Shown piece by piece: positions 51,296 to 63,646 of a stretch of 64,000 nucleotides of DNA. This DNA comes from Gekko japonicus (lineage: Eukaryota). The notes under the pieces are model-generated. The model worked only from the letters and a program-made list of their open reading frames with translations, was not told the DNA's origin and searched no databases. A program made the position numbers and the translations under genes. The first letter of the stretch is position 1, and each line of letters opens with the position of its first letter. The stretch covers positions 322,103-386,102 of the forward strand of contig NW_015173696.1 of NCBI RefSeq assembly GCF_001447785.1. The letters run 5' to 3'.

Positions 51296-53722
51296 ATTGG
51301 AGCCCTTGGAGCAGTGCCTAGAAGTCTTAAGAAACACCTGGACATTCTAGGCATTTAGCAAATAACACCAGCTCAGCTCCAGAAGACAGTGTTGCTTAGA
51401 ACAGCATGAATCCTGCAAAGATAAACCTGAAATTCCCAAAAACTTGGCCAGATCCCGAATTGCAGAATATCCAGCTGTGACAATTAACGATGATGATGAT
51501 AATAATAATTTTGTTTTATATTAATATCATTAAAATCACAAAAAGTACAATTGTAAAAATGGTTGTACCTGATACAGTTTAATTTTGCATTTTTAAATAG
51601 TAAGTTAAATATTCACTTATGCATTAGTTAATTGTGTATGTAGATTTCATGACTAAAATAAACATTGTGTTGTTATTATTCTTATTGTTTACATATTTAC
51701 CCTTTCACCAGAATAACTACTATGAAAGTGTAGGGGAGGTGCAACTGTATGTTCTTCTCTCAAAAGAAAATTATCTAGTTACAGCTCTGTTGCCCCAAGA
51801 AGACCTTTCTTTTTCTCCTGTTCAGCAAAATTAACTTTTCTTGAATTACCATGTGGAAGCCTCTGTACCTGCTTTGCCATGCAGTCTTATTTCTTCAGTT
51901 GCCATGGTAAATAGGGGTGCTTTCTCCAATGTGTCAGAAATTGCCTATGAGGGTTGGGTTCCCTTGGGGAGTGTACAACATATAAGAGTTTCATTCCACT
52001 TGGAATTAAAAAAAAAACAAGCAGAAAACAGTTTCCAAATGAAAATGATAGAGAGACTTCCGGTCTGTGGCTCGACGATGGTAGTCGCACTCCCCTACCT
52101 CAATCAATAAAGCTACCCTGTCTTCAGGGGATTAAAAAAAAGAAAGAAAGAAAATGATAGAGAGAAAACATTTAATTGAATAATCCAAATGGATAGCTTT
52201 AATAATATAAGAAAACAAATTTATTTTAAAAGGAAAAAAAAGAAACTAAAGGGAAAATAAATGGGAAGGGGGGGTGACATCCCCACCATGAATCATCTTG
52301 GTGCATTGTTAGAACAGCTGGGAAACAGAAGCGATAGCACGGGTTGGTCAGTAGCTGGTAGGCTTTACTGCTTTGCCTAGAAGGATTGTAGGACAATGTT
52401 CTGAAATTTTAATTTAATTTACTTTTTTAAGTTTCACAGTATTGGCTCCATGGCCAGACAAAGGATGGGCAGGAGGCAAGCGGCGAGCCCCTTTTCCCCT
52501 GTGACAGCCCAGCCCCAGCCACATTAGATCCCAGTGGTTGGTCCATTTGAGGGAAGAAGAAAATCCAATTTTCCTGCTGCTTGCACCCTGCCCCCCCCAG
52601 CATCCGGCCATCTCTCCTCCCCTGATGGTGCCGCAAAAGTTGGGCCATGGCTAAGTCGGGCCCTCCCCACTTTTCAACTTCAAAAGTACAAACCTTCCTA
52701 CACAAACTGAATATTGTCCACACAAACTAAAATCTGTAAAATACCTTAAGTTTAGATCAGAGATTAATTTGCATATGTTTTGATTGGCATGAAGAACACT
52801 TGGCTCAGTGATAACTGGGTGTAGGGGGGAATTAAATAATTACAACGGACATGTGGACTGGCTAGTACTGCCGGCCTACCTACTATGCGGAGAACAAGCT
52901 AGAGCTTATGTGCCTCTACTGCTTTTCCCATCTGCAAAGCCTCCAGCTGCCTATCAAAGGCAGGGCAAGCCATAGTGTCCCCCTCCCCACACTGCTTTGC
53001 TTTCTTTTCAGAAACAGACAAAAAAAAAAACCCACATACTTCAGCATACAAAACCTATAGCTGTATATAGCCAAAAATAAAGTGTTCCCAAACCCAGTGA
53101 GATAGTGTAATGGTTAGTAGAAAGTGAAAATATTCTGAACAGGATTTTTTAAAAATAAAAATATCTATCCTTATATTATATTCACCAAATTAAAACTGAA
53201 ATAATTGTTGTGAGTTTTCTTTTGACTGAGCCCTAAAAACCCACTTAATTTATAATGTTCATCTTTCTATGTAGCAATGCCTCATTTTAAGCTTTTAGTC
53301 TGAGGTATCACGCTGTAAGTATTCTTGTGCATAGGGCTCTCCCAGATGTTTAAGGAATGTAGTCATTCGCCTTTTAAAAAACACACTAATTGTTGCTTTG
53401 TTTAAGGAGGATGGTTAAAAGTTAAGTGGTTTGGAGGATGTAACTGAGAGGCCATGTTAAATTAGGGCTAGCCAGGGAATGTGCTCAGACCATAACTCAT
53501 GTCTACATTTCTAATCACTGACCCTCAACTTCCTTGAGGACATGCCCCATAAATTATGACTATGTGAGACATTAAAATGTTGCATAATTTTGTCCTGTTT
53601 GTTTAAAATGAAAATTGATTACATTTTCTTTTGACCGTCTTGAATCTTATATATCTATTCAGATCTCTCCCTGTGTAACAAAGTTTAAGTCCAGTGGCAC
53701 CTTTAAATCCAACAAAGTTTTA

Positions 53723-53772
53723 TTCAAGGTATGAGCTTTTGTGTGCACGCATACTTCCTCAGATACATTGAA
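53723..53772 (-). ncRNA. Degenerate minimal hammerhead ribozyme in Penelope terminal repeat
   Basis: Minus strand ttcaatgtat-CTGAGGA-a-gtatgcgtgcacac-AAAA-GC-TC-ataccttgaa. Stem I is 9/10 bp; the core G12 position is A. Confidence 0.65.
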
Positions 53773-54123
53773 ATGGATACATACATATAGGTAGAGGGTG
53801 AGCAGCAAATAAGCATACAACATAATGAAAATGTTTTAACAGATGCAAGGACCAAACAGGAATAGCAAGCTAAGTTTATATGGTCACCATTTGTTTGGAT
53901 TTAATTCGGGGGGCACCCAGTGAAATAAATAAATATGTCAAAATTGGAGACTAATGTATAAATGTATTCTTCTCAATTGTGGAATGCTAAGAGTAAATAA
54001 CTGAGACCTTGTTGTTATGCTCCCTCCATCTCCTCTCAAGCATGGAGGTAACTAACAGCATCCTTTTCTTTGAAGTGGGATGTTTGGTTATGCAGTGTTA
54101 TGTCTCCTCTGTCACCAAACCAG

Positions 54124-54412
54124 AGAATCATAGAATCACAGAACTGGAAGGGGCCATACAGGCCATCTAGTCCAAAGCCCTGCCCAATGCAGGATCAGCC
54201 TAGAGCATCCCTGACAAGTGTTTGTCCAGCCGTTGCTTAAAGACTGCCAGTGAGGAGGAACTCACCACCTCCCTAGGCAGCTGATTCCACTGTTGCACAA
54301 CTGTTACTGTAAAAACGTTTTTCCTGATATCCAGCCAGTACCTTTCCACCCTCAATTTAAACCCATTATTGCGAGTCCTCTCCTCTGCTGCCAACAAGAA
54401 CAGCTCCCTGCC
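54124..54412 (-). mobile_element. CR1 3' fragment nested in Penelope
   Basis: (agaatcat)n tail; minus ORF RTRNNGFKL...DIRKNVFTV.VVQQWNQLPREVV.S.SL.VFKQRLDKHL. Confidence 0.9.
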
Positions 54413-54650
54413 CAGTTATTTACACTTAGCATTCCACCTGGGTTAGATTTCATCCCCATTTGGTCCCTGCATCTGTTAAAACATCTTCATTATGTTGTAT
54501 GCTTATTTGCTGCTCACCCTCTACCTTTCCTTTTGAATAAAGTTTGTTGGTCAAAGGTGCCACTGGACTCAAACTTTGTTCAACTGCCTCAGACCAACAC
54601 GGCTACCCACCTGGTTCTCCCTGTGTGTTAATCAACGTACAGTTGCTTCT

Positions 54651-56801
54651 TCTTCTTTTTTTAATATTATATTTATTTGGTTTTATAAGCCTATATCGTA
54701 CACATATGCAAAATCATCAGCAAGATTACATACATAAAAAATCCTTAGACAGCACTTATCCTTTCTAGCAACACAGAATAGCATATCCAACATACCTACA
54801 ATAAATAGTTTTATCCTTATTCTCAATCTTAATATCAAATCTGTATTGAATGAAAACTTATGTTTCTTTATCCTTTAAGGTTTATGTACTGTCTTCTCAG
54901 AACTACACTAAAGGTTCATATCTGTATTGTAAATCATTCATATTTGCTTGTTACATTTCTCCTTTTCTTCACCTTGTACAGTTCTGGCTCTTATCCCATC
55001 TCCTATGTCTTACCATTTCTATGCTTTCGATATAGGGGCTTAGCTTAATATTTAGTTTTTATATCTTTTTTCTTTTATTGCCCTTTTTACTTTTAATTCA
55101 ATCTTTATAGCTTTTATGTTTTATTAACATTCTATTGGAACCTTTATCTCTACTTTCACTCTCATAATTGCTCTATTATTTTCTTTTAAATATAAATTTT
55201 CCATTAAATTCCCTCAGTATCTTTCAATTATAAACTGCCAGGCCTTCACCCATCCTTATTTGGTCTAAAGTTAACCTAAATATACCATACTCATTCTACA
55301 CTGTTATCAAAAGTAAATTTGAACCTACTTATAACACAACCAAACCTTCTAACCAAAGTCAAAATTAATTTTCAACCACAATATTCCAATACGATCATTT
55401 ATCCAATAGCCCTAATATTTCCTTCACCTTTTATCTTTAAAACCTAATATTTCCATCACCTTTTATCTTTTATCTTTAAAATACACCTCCTAATCACCAC
55501 TAGTTTACAACAAAAATACAAATTTAAATACATAAATAAGTAGGTTTTAGGTCAATTTTCCATCTAATCTTTTATCTGAAAAAAATCAATCTTTCTATCT
55601 TTTCATATGGCTTATTTTTCCTCTTGAACATTTGCAGTCTACTTTTCTGTCTCAGCATTGACTTTTTTCAGATAAAAGAAATGGTAAATTAATAGTCCTG
55701 CTGTCTCAGCATGTCTACATGTCTACGTTCTTTAAACATTCCTTGACTTCCATGCCTCTCCTCTCTGATTTTCAGCCATTCTAGTCTCCAGGATCTATTG
55801 TCTCCTTTAAATTTCCACGCCCATCATTTCCTTCTTTTGGTCCTTTTATCACTCTCTCGTTCAGGCTTTAAGCATTGTCTGTTTTCTTTTGGCAGTCCCA
55901 ATTTAGTACCAGGCAATTTTTAAAAAAGTTATTTCCTACCATTTCCATTGGCAAACCTTTAGGTTCTACATAGTCATTCATTTGTATACTCCCCAAATTA
56001 TCCTTCCTTAACATAGTCCCTGTTCTTTGTTTGACCCTCTTCTGGAGCCTCCTTCACAGAAAATTGTTCCTCCTTTTCCTCTATTTCTACTTGTATGTTA
56101 TACTTCTTCCTTAATTCTGCACACACTTCTTCACATCCTTTTTGCACCACCTCTTTCACAACTCTAAGGAACTGCTCAATAGTCATCTCCCCAACTTCCA
56201 TGTTTTCGTCAAGTTCCTCCTCTTTTCTCACTATGCACTCCATTTCAGACAAGCTCTTTCAGGTTCCAACCACAAAATTATCTTATTGTCCTACAGTCTC
56301 TTTACCAAGCCATTATCCTCATTTTAGCTCCTTGCCAGAACCAGAACCATGCGAAAACACCAACATTCATCCTTCTCTTCCCCCACCGGAATATCAACCT
56401 GCAATTAAGTCCTGTATATTTCCCGGCCGCTCTACTTCACATATTTGGACACATTTGTTTGGGGGTTTTTTTCACCTTTCCACTTCTTCTCTTCTTCTGT
56501 GTTGCTGCAGTTACACATCCACGTAAATTTAAAAACAAGTCCGGATGGTCGCATCTAATCAGAACATGGCAGCCATATTCTTTCCCCACAATCGCTCCGC
56601 ATCAGGGCGGTCCTGGTCACCCCCCCGCTTGCCGATTATGGGAGGGGCCAGAGAACAGATCCCCCTGCTCCAGCCCTCTCTCAGGGAGGGCTGGTCGAGC
56701 TCTCCCGGCGTTCGGGAGGCTTAAAGGAAAGTGAAAGTCGGACAGGCGGCTCGGAGCGAGCCGAGCACCTGCCCGTCGTCATGCCGTACCAGAAGGAAGT
56801 C
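54651..56801 (-). mobile_element. 2.15-kb non-autonomous retroposon with L1-like ends
   Basis: Perfect 18-bp TSD caacgtacagttgcttct (54633-54650 / 56802-56819). Minus-strand 5' GACTTCC start, CpG-rich ~250-nt head, purine-rich body, AATAAA + A-rich tail. No RT motifs. Confidence 0.8.
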
Positions 56802-57017
56802 CAACGTACAGTTGCTTCTATGCATTTGCTTGGAACAAACTTTCAAGAGTGCAGAAAGTTTAAAAAAAGATAACATGCTAACAAGCTCATTACTTTTTAA
56901 TTACCATTCAAATTTAGGAATGAGATAAATAGGACTTGATTCAAACCCTAACAGATGGACCTCTCGCCATCAGCCTCCATCCTTCAGCTATCAATCTCTG
57001 CTCTTTCCTATCCAAAG

Positions 57018-57210
57018 TGTACTTCTCAAATAAAGATAAGTATTTCTCTTCTAAACTTGCAATGTGGCTCTGTGTAGCTTTGTACTTCTCAAATAAAGAT
57101 AAGTATTTCTCTTCTAAACTTGCAATGTGGCTCTGTGTAGCTTTGTACTTCTCAAATAAAGATAAGTATTTCTCTTCTAAACTTGCAATGTGGCTCTGTG
57201 TAGCTTTGTA
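57018..57210. repeat. Perfect 63-bp tandem triplication
   Basis: Units start at 57018, 57081 and 57144; tgta microhomology at the ends. Confidence 0.95.
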
Positions 57211-59374
57211 AGCTGAGTAACCTGGTAAAGTGATGCTCCTGTGTTTGTAGCTTTAAGCACTCTGCTAAGTAATGGTGACTGGATTAACCAAACCAGTTAA
57301 CCTCAATAGACCCTGGTATGAACTAGATTTCTGTGTCTTCTATTATTGATTATGTAAATGGATTGTTTTGTAATGAATGAAAGAAATTCCCTAAAATAAC
57401 AAAACAAAACCAAGATTTTCTTTCATTTAGTTCTGGTTACATTTGTTAGTACAGCCTTTGTCTCTATTGGTTTCACTTTTACAAGGCAGTCAGAGTTTTC
57501 CAATAAATGGCATAAAGAGAGCACAGTGTTCCTAAGGGGGAATGGGGAGGACATGGTGTGGAACTTTGCTTTCCTCTCTCTTCCCAGTGCCTACCCTGCT
57601 GTGCCAAATTTTCCCTTGCACTCTGCACTTCCCTGCTTGCCTGCTGCTCTCCAAACCGTATCCCTCTTCCAAGCAAACCTACCTCAAGGTCCTCCTGCTG
57701 CCTACTAGCCTGCCCAGATGCCTTGCCCTTCATGTGCCACCAAATACCTTTGTCTTGTCACTCTGCCTCTTTTTCATACTACTGTTGCCGTTTTTTAAAG
57801 TTAAGTGGATGCAGTACTGTCTGTACTACTGTTTGAAAACTTTCCTATCAATTCTCCTTTAGACTCCAATATGTCTGTCTAAAATTTGGTAAAATTTGGT
57901 AATATGGGAACTACTACAACCCCCCTGCATTTTGTCCAATTTAGATGAAAGTCCCAAGTCCCAAGTAAAAAGGGGATCTTCCACTGAAATGATGGGAAAT
58001 AAGACCAAATAGAATTACCAAAACAAAACAAAAATGAAATATACAGTAATGAACACATCCATATAAAACAACCTAATAACAAAACATTTACTTTTGGATT
58101 TAATAACAAAAATGAAAGATACTCTTTTCAACTCTTTTCAAAAGTTTAATGGACAACTTCAGCATGCAGTCTTGATTTTACCCAATAGAAAGAATATGCT
58201 GCCTACCTTGATACAGCAATAGCAGCAGTAAATAGGCCCCAATATATCTTGCTACAATTATAGAATTATTGGTTTGGTTGATCCAGTCTCCAGCACAGTT
58301 TATTCTGCTTTTTGTTAAGCAGATTTTTGAACCAATCGGTTGCTACTCAGTGATGTGCATCCAAGTAATTCACTTAATTTTGAATTCTAGCAATTTCAGA
58401 AGAGGAGACTCTTTCTTCCACTATAATATCTGCCAGTGTTGCTGTGGGATTAATTTAATATTGGTAAAGAACTTGATATACCAGTAAGAGAGTGCAATAA
58501 AGGAACACATTATTATTTCTAGAAATTAAATTAGCTACACCATTTTGCATGGAAGAGCTGGGTCCTGCATTCTGTCTATAAGCAAGGAGTGGTTGTGAAA
58601 CTCAGGAAGGAGGTGGTTCAAAGGTGGCCTTTCCAATCCTGGAGCTTTCTGACCCTCAAATGGCAAAAAAGAGCCAGGAACCTTCTGAGACCAGACTCAC
58701 ATGAGCTTTCAGCCCACTTGTGTTTTGGTCCTTGTCAGAAATAGCATCAGAAAAATCTTTTCTCCAAAGACTTTTACTGTCCCCTGGACCTCACTTTAGA
58801 TGTACCGATTGACATCACTGGAAAACTAGGACCAGAAAAATCATACTTGCTTGGTAGATGGTTAAATGAAAATTATACTAAAGTTTTTTAAACTTGGTAT
58901 AAATGATAGGAAAAGCTTTCAATAATACATTAGCTGCTTAGCCACAGTACAGCATGCATATTTTGAAGCATGCATTTTATTACATTTTTTACAAGGATAT
59001 ACTATACAGGTACAAAATTTCAGTGATTATATAAAATCACATATAAATATACCCCCAAAAGTAAAAGAAAATCAAGAGAAGGAAACTGGAAACCAGGGGA
59101 AAAAAGAAAAGCTGTCTGGGTAAGAAACAAGTAAGAAAAATAGGAGAATATGCATTGGCTCATATTAAATCTACAATTTTATGTTTGGCAAAAACATGTC
59201 TATAAACCAGCAGGGTCTCCATGTTTGTGATAAAAGAAAACTAGACCAAAATTGAGCCCATAAGGAAATATTTTCCAGAAGGCTAATCTTATGGTTAGTA
59301 GCTAACTATATATGATTTTATAAGCAGAACCCCCAACCAGTAGGTAGTGCCATTCCATTTCCATACTATTCAAT

Positions 59375-59700
59375 GCCACTGTGATGCATGCCTTGTTAAC
59401 ATCTAGATTAGATTACTGCAATGGGCTCCATATGGGGCTGCCCTTGAGACTGTTCAGAAGCTACAGTTTGTACAGAATGCTGTGGCCAAAGGGTTGACTG
59501 GAGTGGGTCATAAGGACCATATCACTTCAGTCTTGTTCCATCTACACTGGCTTCCAATTTGCTTACAGGCTCACTTCAAGATGCTGGTATTGACCTTTAA
59601 AGCCCTGTGCAACCTCAGAGCAACATCCCTTAAGGACCACCTTCTCCCATATGAACTACCCATACACCTTGGTCATCTCCAAAGGCCCTGGTTTGGTTGC
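59375..59700 (+). mobile_element. L2 fragment
   Basis: SRLDYCNGL.MGLP; HITSVLFHLHWLPI...FKMLVLTFKAL. Confidence 0.85.
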
Positions 59701-59854
59701 CTTCTGAATCTAGATTGTTTTTTCAATGTCTTAAAATTTAAAACAAAAAAAATAAATAAACTGAGGTATGGTATCTTGGTTTGTATTTCTTACTGTGACC
59801 AGTGGAAATCTCTGGAAGTTCTAATCTAGTCTAGAGATCTTTGCTGTTTGGATA

Positions 59855-60046
59855 AAGGGTTACCAACTTCAAAAGTCTCCTGGGATTACAACCAGTTTCC
59901 AGACTACAAAAATGAGTTTCCCAGGAGGAAACTGGAGCTTTGGAAAGTGGACTGTATTATTTGAAGCATCACATTTCCACTGAGCTTCCTGCCCAAGTTT
60001 TGTTCCCAGTTTCCAGGAATTTCCCAAAGCAGATTTGGCAACCCTA
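59855..60046. mobile_element. Blackjack-like MITE
   Basis: AAGGGTTACCA / TGGCAACCCTA; perfect 8-bp TSD tttggata. Confidence 0.8.
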
Positions 60047-60259
60047 TTTGGATAACTTGCAAATGTTTTAATTAATTAATTAACTTCATTTATACCCCAC
60101 CTTTCTCCCCTAGGGTGAAAAGGCATTAATAAGATTTGATTAAAGTATTGTATATACTTGCTTGGAAAATTTATACATTACCATCTCCATCACCTTATCT
60201 AATCACTGCTGTTTAGTGTGTTGATGGTATTTTCAGTGTCCGGTATGTGACATTTATTT

Positions 60260-60775
60260 ATCCTATAGTTTTATTTTATTTCTTTAATTTATATCCACCC
60301 TCCCCGCGAGAGGGCTCAGGGCGGCTTACAAGGTCAAATATCATGACAGAGAAACAATATAAAATTCAAACTAATTTTAAAATTTCAAAGTTTCATGCAA
60401 AAACCAGAGTGAAAGTTGCATCGGTAGTGGCACTCGGATGGAAACCTTCTGAGTGATGTTGAGGGGTATCAAGCCACTAACCCCCTAGCAGGGGAGGCTA
60501 AAAGTGGAATTTGGATGCCCGCTGCCTCAGCTGAATGCCTGGTGGAACAACTGTGTTTGGCAGGCCCTGATCTCAGATAGGAGCTTGTTCCACCAGGCTG
60601 GGGGCAGGGCCAAAAAGGCCCTGGCCCTAGATGAGGCTAGCCAGATGCCCTTCAGGCCAGGGACAAGCAGAAGATGGTGATCGGTTGAGTGCAAGGCTCT
60701 GTGGGGCACATACGGGGAGAGATGGTCCCTGAGATATGCAGGTCCCTGGCTGCATAGGGCTTTGAAAGTCAGCAA
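60260..60775 (-). mobile_element. L2 3' fragment
   Basis: LTFKAL..GPAYLRDHLSPY.P.RAL...RAF...P..WN; tail agggctcagggcggcttaca. Confidence 0.85.
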
Positions 60776-60794
60776 TCTGCCAGCAATATAAAAC

Positions 60795-61297
60795 TGCTCA
60801 AGGAAATGGACTCTACAATAATTACGTGGATAGGTTGGAGAACCACACTCAAAGAGTAGCTATCAATGGCATTTTATCTGATTGGAGAGAGATACCCAGT
60901 GGGGTGCCACAAGACTCAGTTCTGGGCCCAGTACTTTTCAGTATTTTTATAAATCATCTAGATGAGGGGTAGGGGGACCGCTCATTAAATTTACAGATGA
61001 CTTCAATGAACACATTGGAAGACAGAGATGGAATTCAACAAGATCTGAACACACTGGAACAGTGGGCTGATGTGAATGAGATGCAATTCAACAAGGATAA
61101 GTGCAGAGTTCTACATCTGGGTAACAGAAATGAGAAACACATGTACTGGATGAGGGATACATTTCAGGATAGTGGGGTGTGTGAACAGGATCTCTGGGTG
61201 GACTGTAAGCTAAATATGAGCAGTCCATGTGATGCAGCTGCAAAAAAGCCTAATGCTGTTTTAGGATGGATCAACAGAAACAAAACATCCACATTTT
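60795..61297 (+). mobile_element. Decayed CR1 RT fragment
   Basis: [23 protein letters not shown]; MQFNKDKCRVLHLG; C.AAAKK.NAVLG.I. Confidence 0.85.
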
Positions 61298-62643
61298 AGA
61301 GTTTCACAAAGCCTGCAAAATGGAGCTTTTCTGCTAGGTGGTGAGTGCCAAATTATTTGATCTCCCTTGCTGAAGCTTTCCAACTCTATGCTGCCCACAT
61401 TAATCAGATCTCTACTGCTCCTTGGTTTAGGGCCTAGTTGCTTCCAGCCATTTAGGATTGTTGAACCTTATGAACCTGCCTTTTTAATTGCTTTAATTAT
61501 TTATTTGTTATTCTTGTTTTGAATGGGTTTGTAACTTTACTGTTGTGACCCACCCTGAGCCCGCTTGTGGTGAGGGTGGGATATGAATTGAAATAAATAA
61601 ATAAGCCAGACCTTAGTCTGTTTGTTACTTAGCCTTGTCATGTGCTCTGCCAACAGAACCGCTTTACTGTGTAATAGGTTTCCTGCCTTCTACCTAGTCT
61701 AATGACTTTATGTGCCTGAAATATGATCAGGTTTGGATTCCTGACAACTTCTTGCTTCTCTCCTGAGAGTAGAGCAAGAGAACTCTTGAATGATTACTTT
61801 TTATATGCTAGTTACAGTATGATGTGTGCATGTGCAAAATATGCAAGGTGTTGCACAGCGCTGAAAGGATTGCCATTGAAAAATGCAGCAATGATTTAGA
61901 GGGGTTTTCTGTTATGCTGCTACTGAATGGCTTACATGCATACCTAAAATCTTGCAAAATTACCTCTAGTATAACTGAAGAGCATATCTCTGTGGAAGTA
62001 GCCACTATGTCTGAAGAATGATGGCCTAACTGAATATCTGGAGGGGGCATTTCTGTTTGCAGAGGCCACATTAGTTCCCTAGTGGTGGTGGTTGGCCATG
62101 TAAGTTGAACTATCATTTACTCATTTGTAGTGTGGACTCTAGTAGCCCTGAGAAGGGAGCATTTGGTTCCCTAAATCTGACTCAAGATTGGGAAATACTG
62201 TGTTAAATTGTTGCTGTATACAAACACAGAAATGAATCTTTATTATTTGCATTCTGTGTATCTAAGCAGTATAGCAGAAAAGGTGTAGAATGAAGAAAAC
62301 TCTGCTTTTCCACATTTTGGTTCTGTTGAAATGTACAACATAAATTCTGTAACTTTTCAGTATATCTACACATTATATAGATAAAAATACCTTATATGAA
62401 CACATTTCAGAAAATATTAAGTCATTCATTAAGGAACAGCGATGTAACTGTCTAATCTTTTAAAAAGCTGTAGTTGCTCCTACATTTATTTACTGAATGT
62501 TTTGCCCTCCTTTCCCCCCACACTGCAGGACTTAAAAACCACTTACAAAATAAAATCAGAAACCATAATCTTAAAACATTCAGTAAGCACCCCTTCTGTG
62601 TTAGCCCCTGTCAATGGGACTCTGTCAAAAGCATGCCTGTACA

Positions 62644-62859
62644 GCCCTGACCTGGATAGCCCAGGCAAGCCTGATCTCAGAAGCTAAGCAGGGCCGATTC
62701 TGGCAAGTACTTGGAAGGGAGACTTCCAAGGAATGCCAGAGGCAGGCTACTCAAATCACCTCTCTGAAAAACATCCAAGCCCCCAGTAGAGGTTGCCAGA
62801 AGTCACCATGACTTCCAGGCAAGCACACAAACACACATACAATATTTTAAAAAGAAGGA
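62644..62859 (+). mobile_element. 5S rRNA-derived SINE (SINE3-like)
   Basis: gcctgatctc..gaagctaagcagggcc..ctgg..agtacttggaagggagac matches the 5S internal control region. 17-bp TSD aaaagcat(g/a)cctgtaca (62627-62643 / 62860-62876). Confidence 0.75.
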
Positions 62860-63509
62860 AAAAGCATACCTGTACAATTCTGCTTTATCTTCTCTGCCCC
62901 AAATCTAGTTGTAGTGCCTTTGCTTGGCCAGTCAAGGCCTTCTGACTGCACCCTTTTGCAGATGGGTTAGTGCAGTGTCTGCTTACTCTAGAACTTTTGC
63001 ACAGTGATGGTTCCTGCATGATGGAGGAGCCCAGGAAGGGCCTCCACACTGTTGATTTTCTGGAGGCTTTGTAAAGCTGAATTATTTAGAAAAGTGTTCT
63101 TGTGAGATCTCCCAGGCATATTTCTGACTCTTGTAACTGCAGATTGGGTGATTTATATTAATTATATTAATTTTACTCTATTTTGTGTGGGTGATTTATA
63201 TTAATCTTCCTCTATTTTTTGTGGTTTACCGTAACTTGTTTAAGTCTAAAAGTGTGGTAAATAAATTAGCTCCTTAAATTGAACATGGAAGCAAATCAGC
63301 TGCCAAGCTGCAACAGATAAGTTGGTGAATAAGCATTAATCAAACTTCGGATGTGTTTAATAGGAGTGCTCATGCATCTGTACCTCTACACTCCAGTTTA
63401 TCCTCTTTTGGCTTGATCCCAGCATAACTCCAGAGCCAACCTCTTCTGTAAAATGAGGGCCAATTGATACATTCAGGTGCTCTGCTGAGCTTCCTTCATG
63501 CAATCTTGA

Positions 63510-63646
63510 CCGTGTTCCCCCCAAAATAAGACACTGTCTTATATTTATTTTTTCTCAAGAAGACACACTAGGGCTTATACCACAAATGCATAGAAATCCT
63601 GCTAGGGCTTATTTTTGGGGTAGGTCTTATTTTCGGGGAAACAGGG
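63510..63646. mobile_element. Tc1/mariner-superfamily (Tc2-like) MITE
   Basis: TIR CCGTGTTCCCCCCAAAATAAGAC / GTCTTATTTTCGGGGAAACAGGG; TA on the right flank, GA on the left. Confidence 0.75.

Larger units (their letters stand above)
49700..51510 (+). mobile_element. R4/Dong-clade LINE 3' portion (decayed), with two nested insertions
   Basis: INxWAVPVLRY; LHPRSDLDHLFLPRKLGGR; ETEGLILAA; C..C..DH.VSAC zinc knuckle; HDRVA..LHW; IDIAIPGD..EKITKYQDL (REL endonuclease); (TGA/TAA)n tail. Boundaries approximate. Confidence 0.85.
53677..54615. mobile_element. Penelope terminal-repeat insertion in inverted configuration
   Basis: The left arm starts at the same base as the copy at 17926; the right arm (54413-54615) is its inverted, internally deleted copy. 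11-bp TSD tctccctgtgt (53666-53676 / 54616-54626). Confidence 0.85.

Noticed and set aside
56936-57211. Repeat protein ORF or CRISPR-like array
   Set aside because: Head-to-tail 63-bp units with no spacers, in a vertebrate context.
62644-62740. Functional 5S rRNA gene
   Set aside because: Diverged and internally deleted, fused to a SINE tail and flanked by a TSD.
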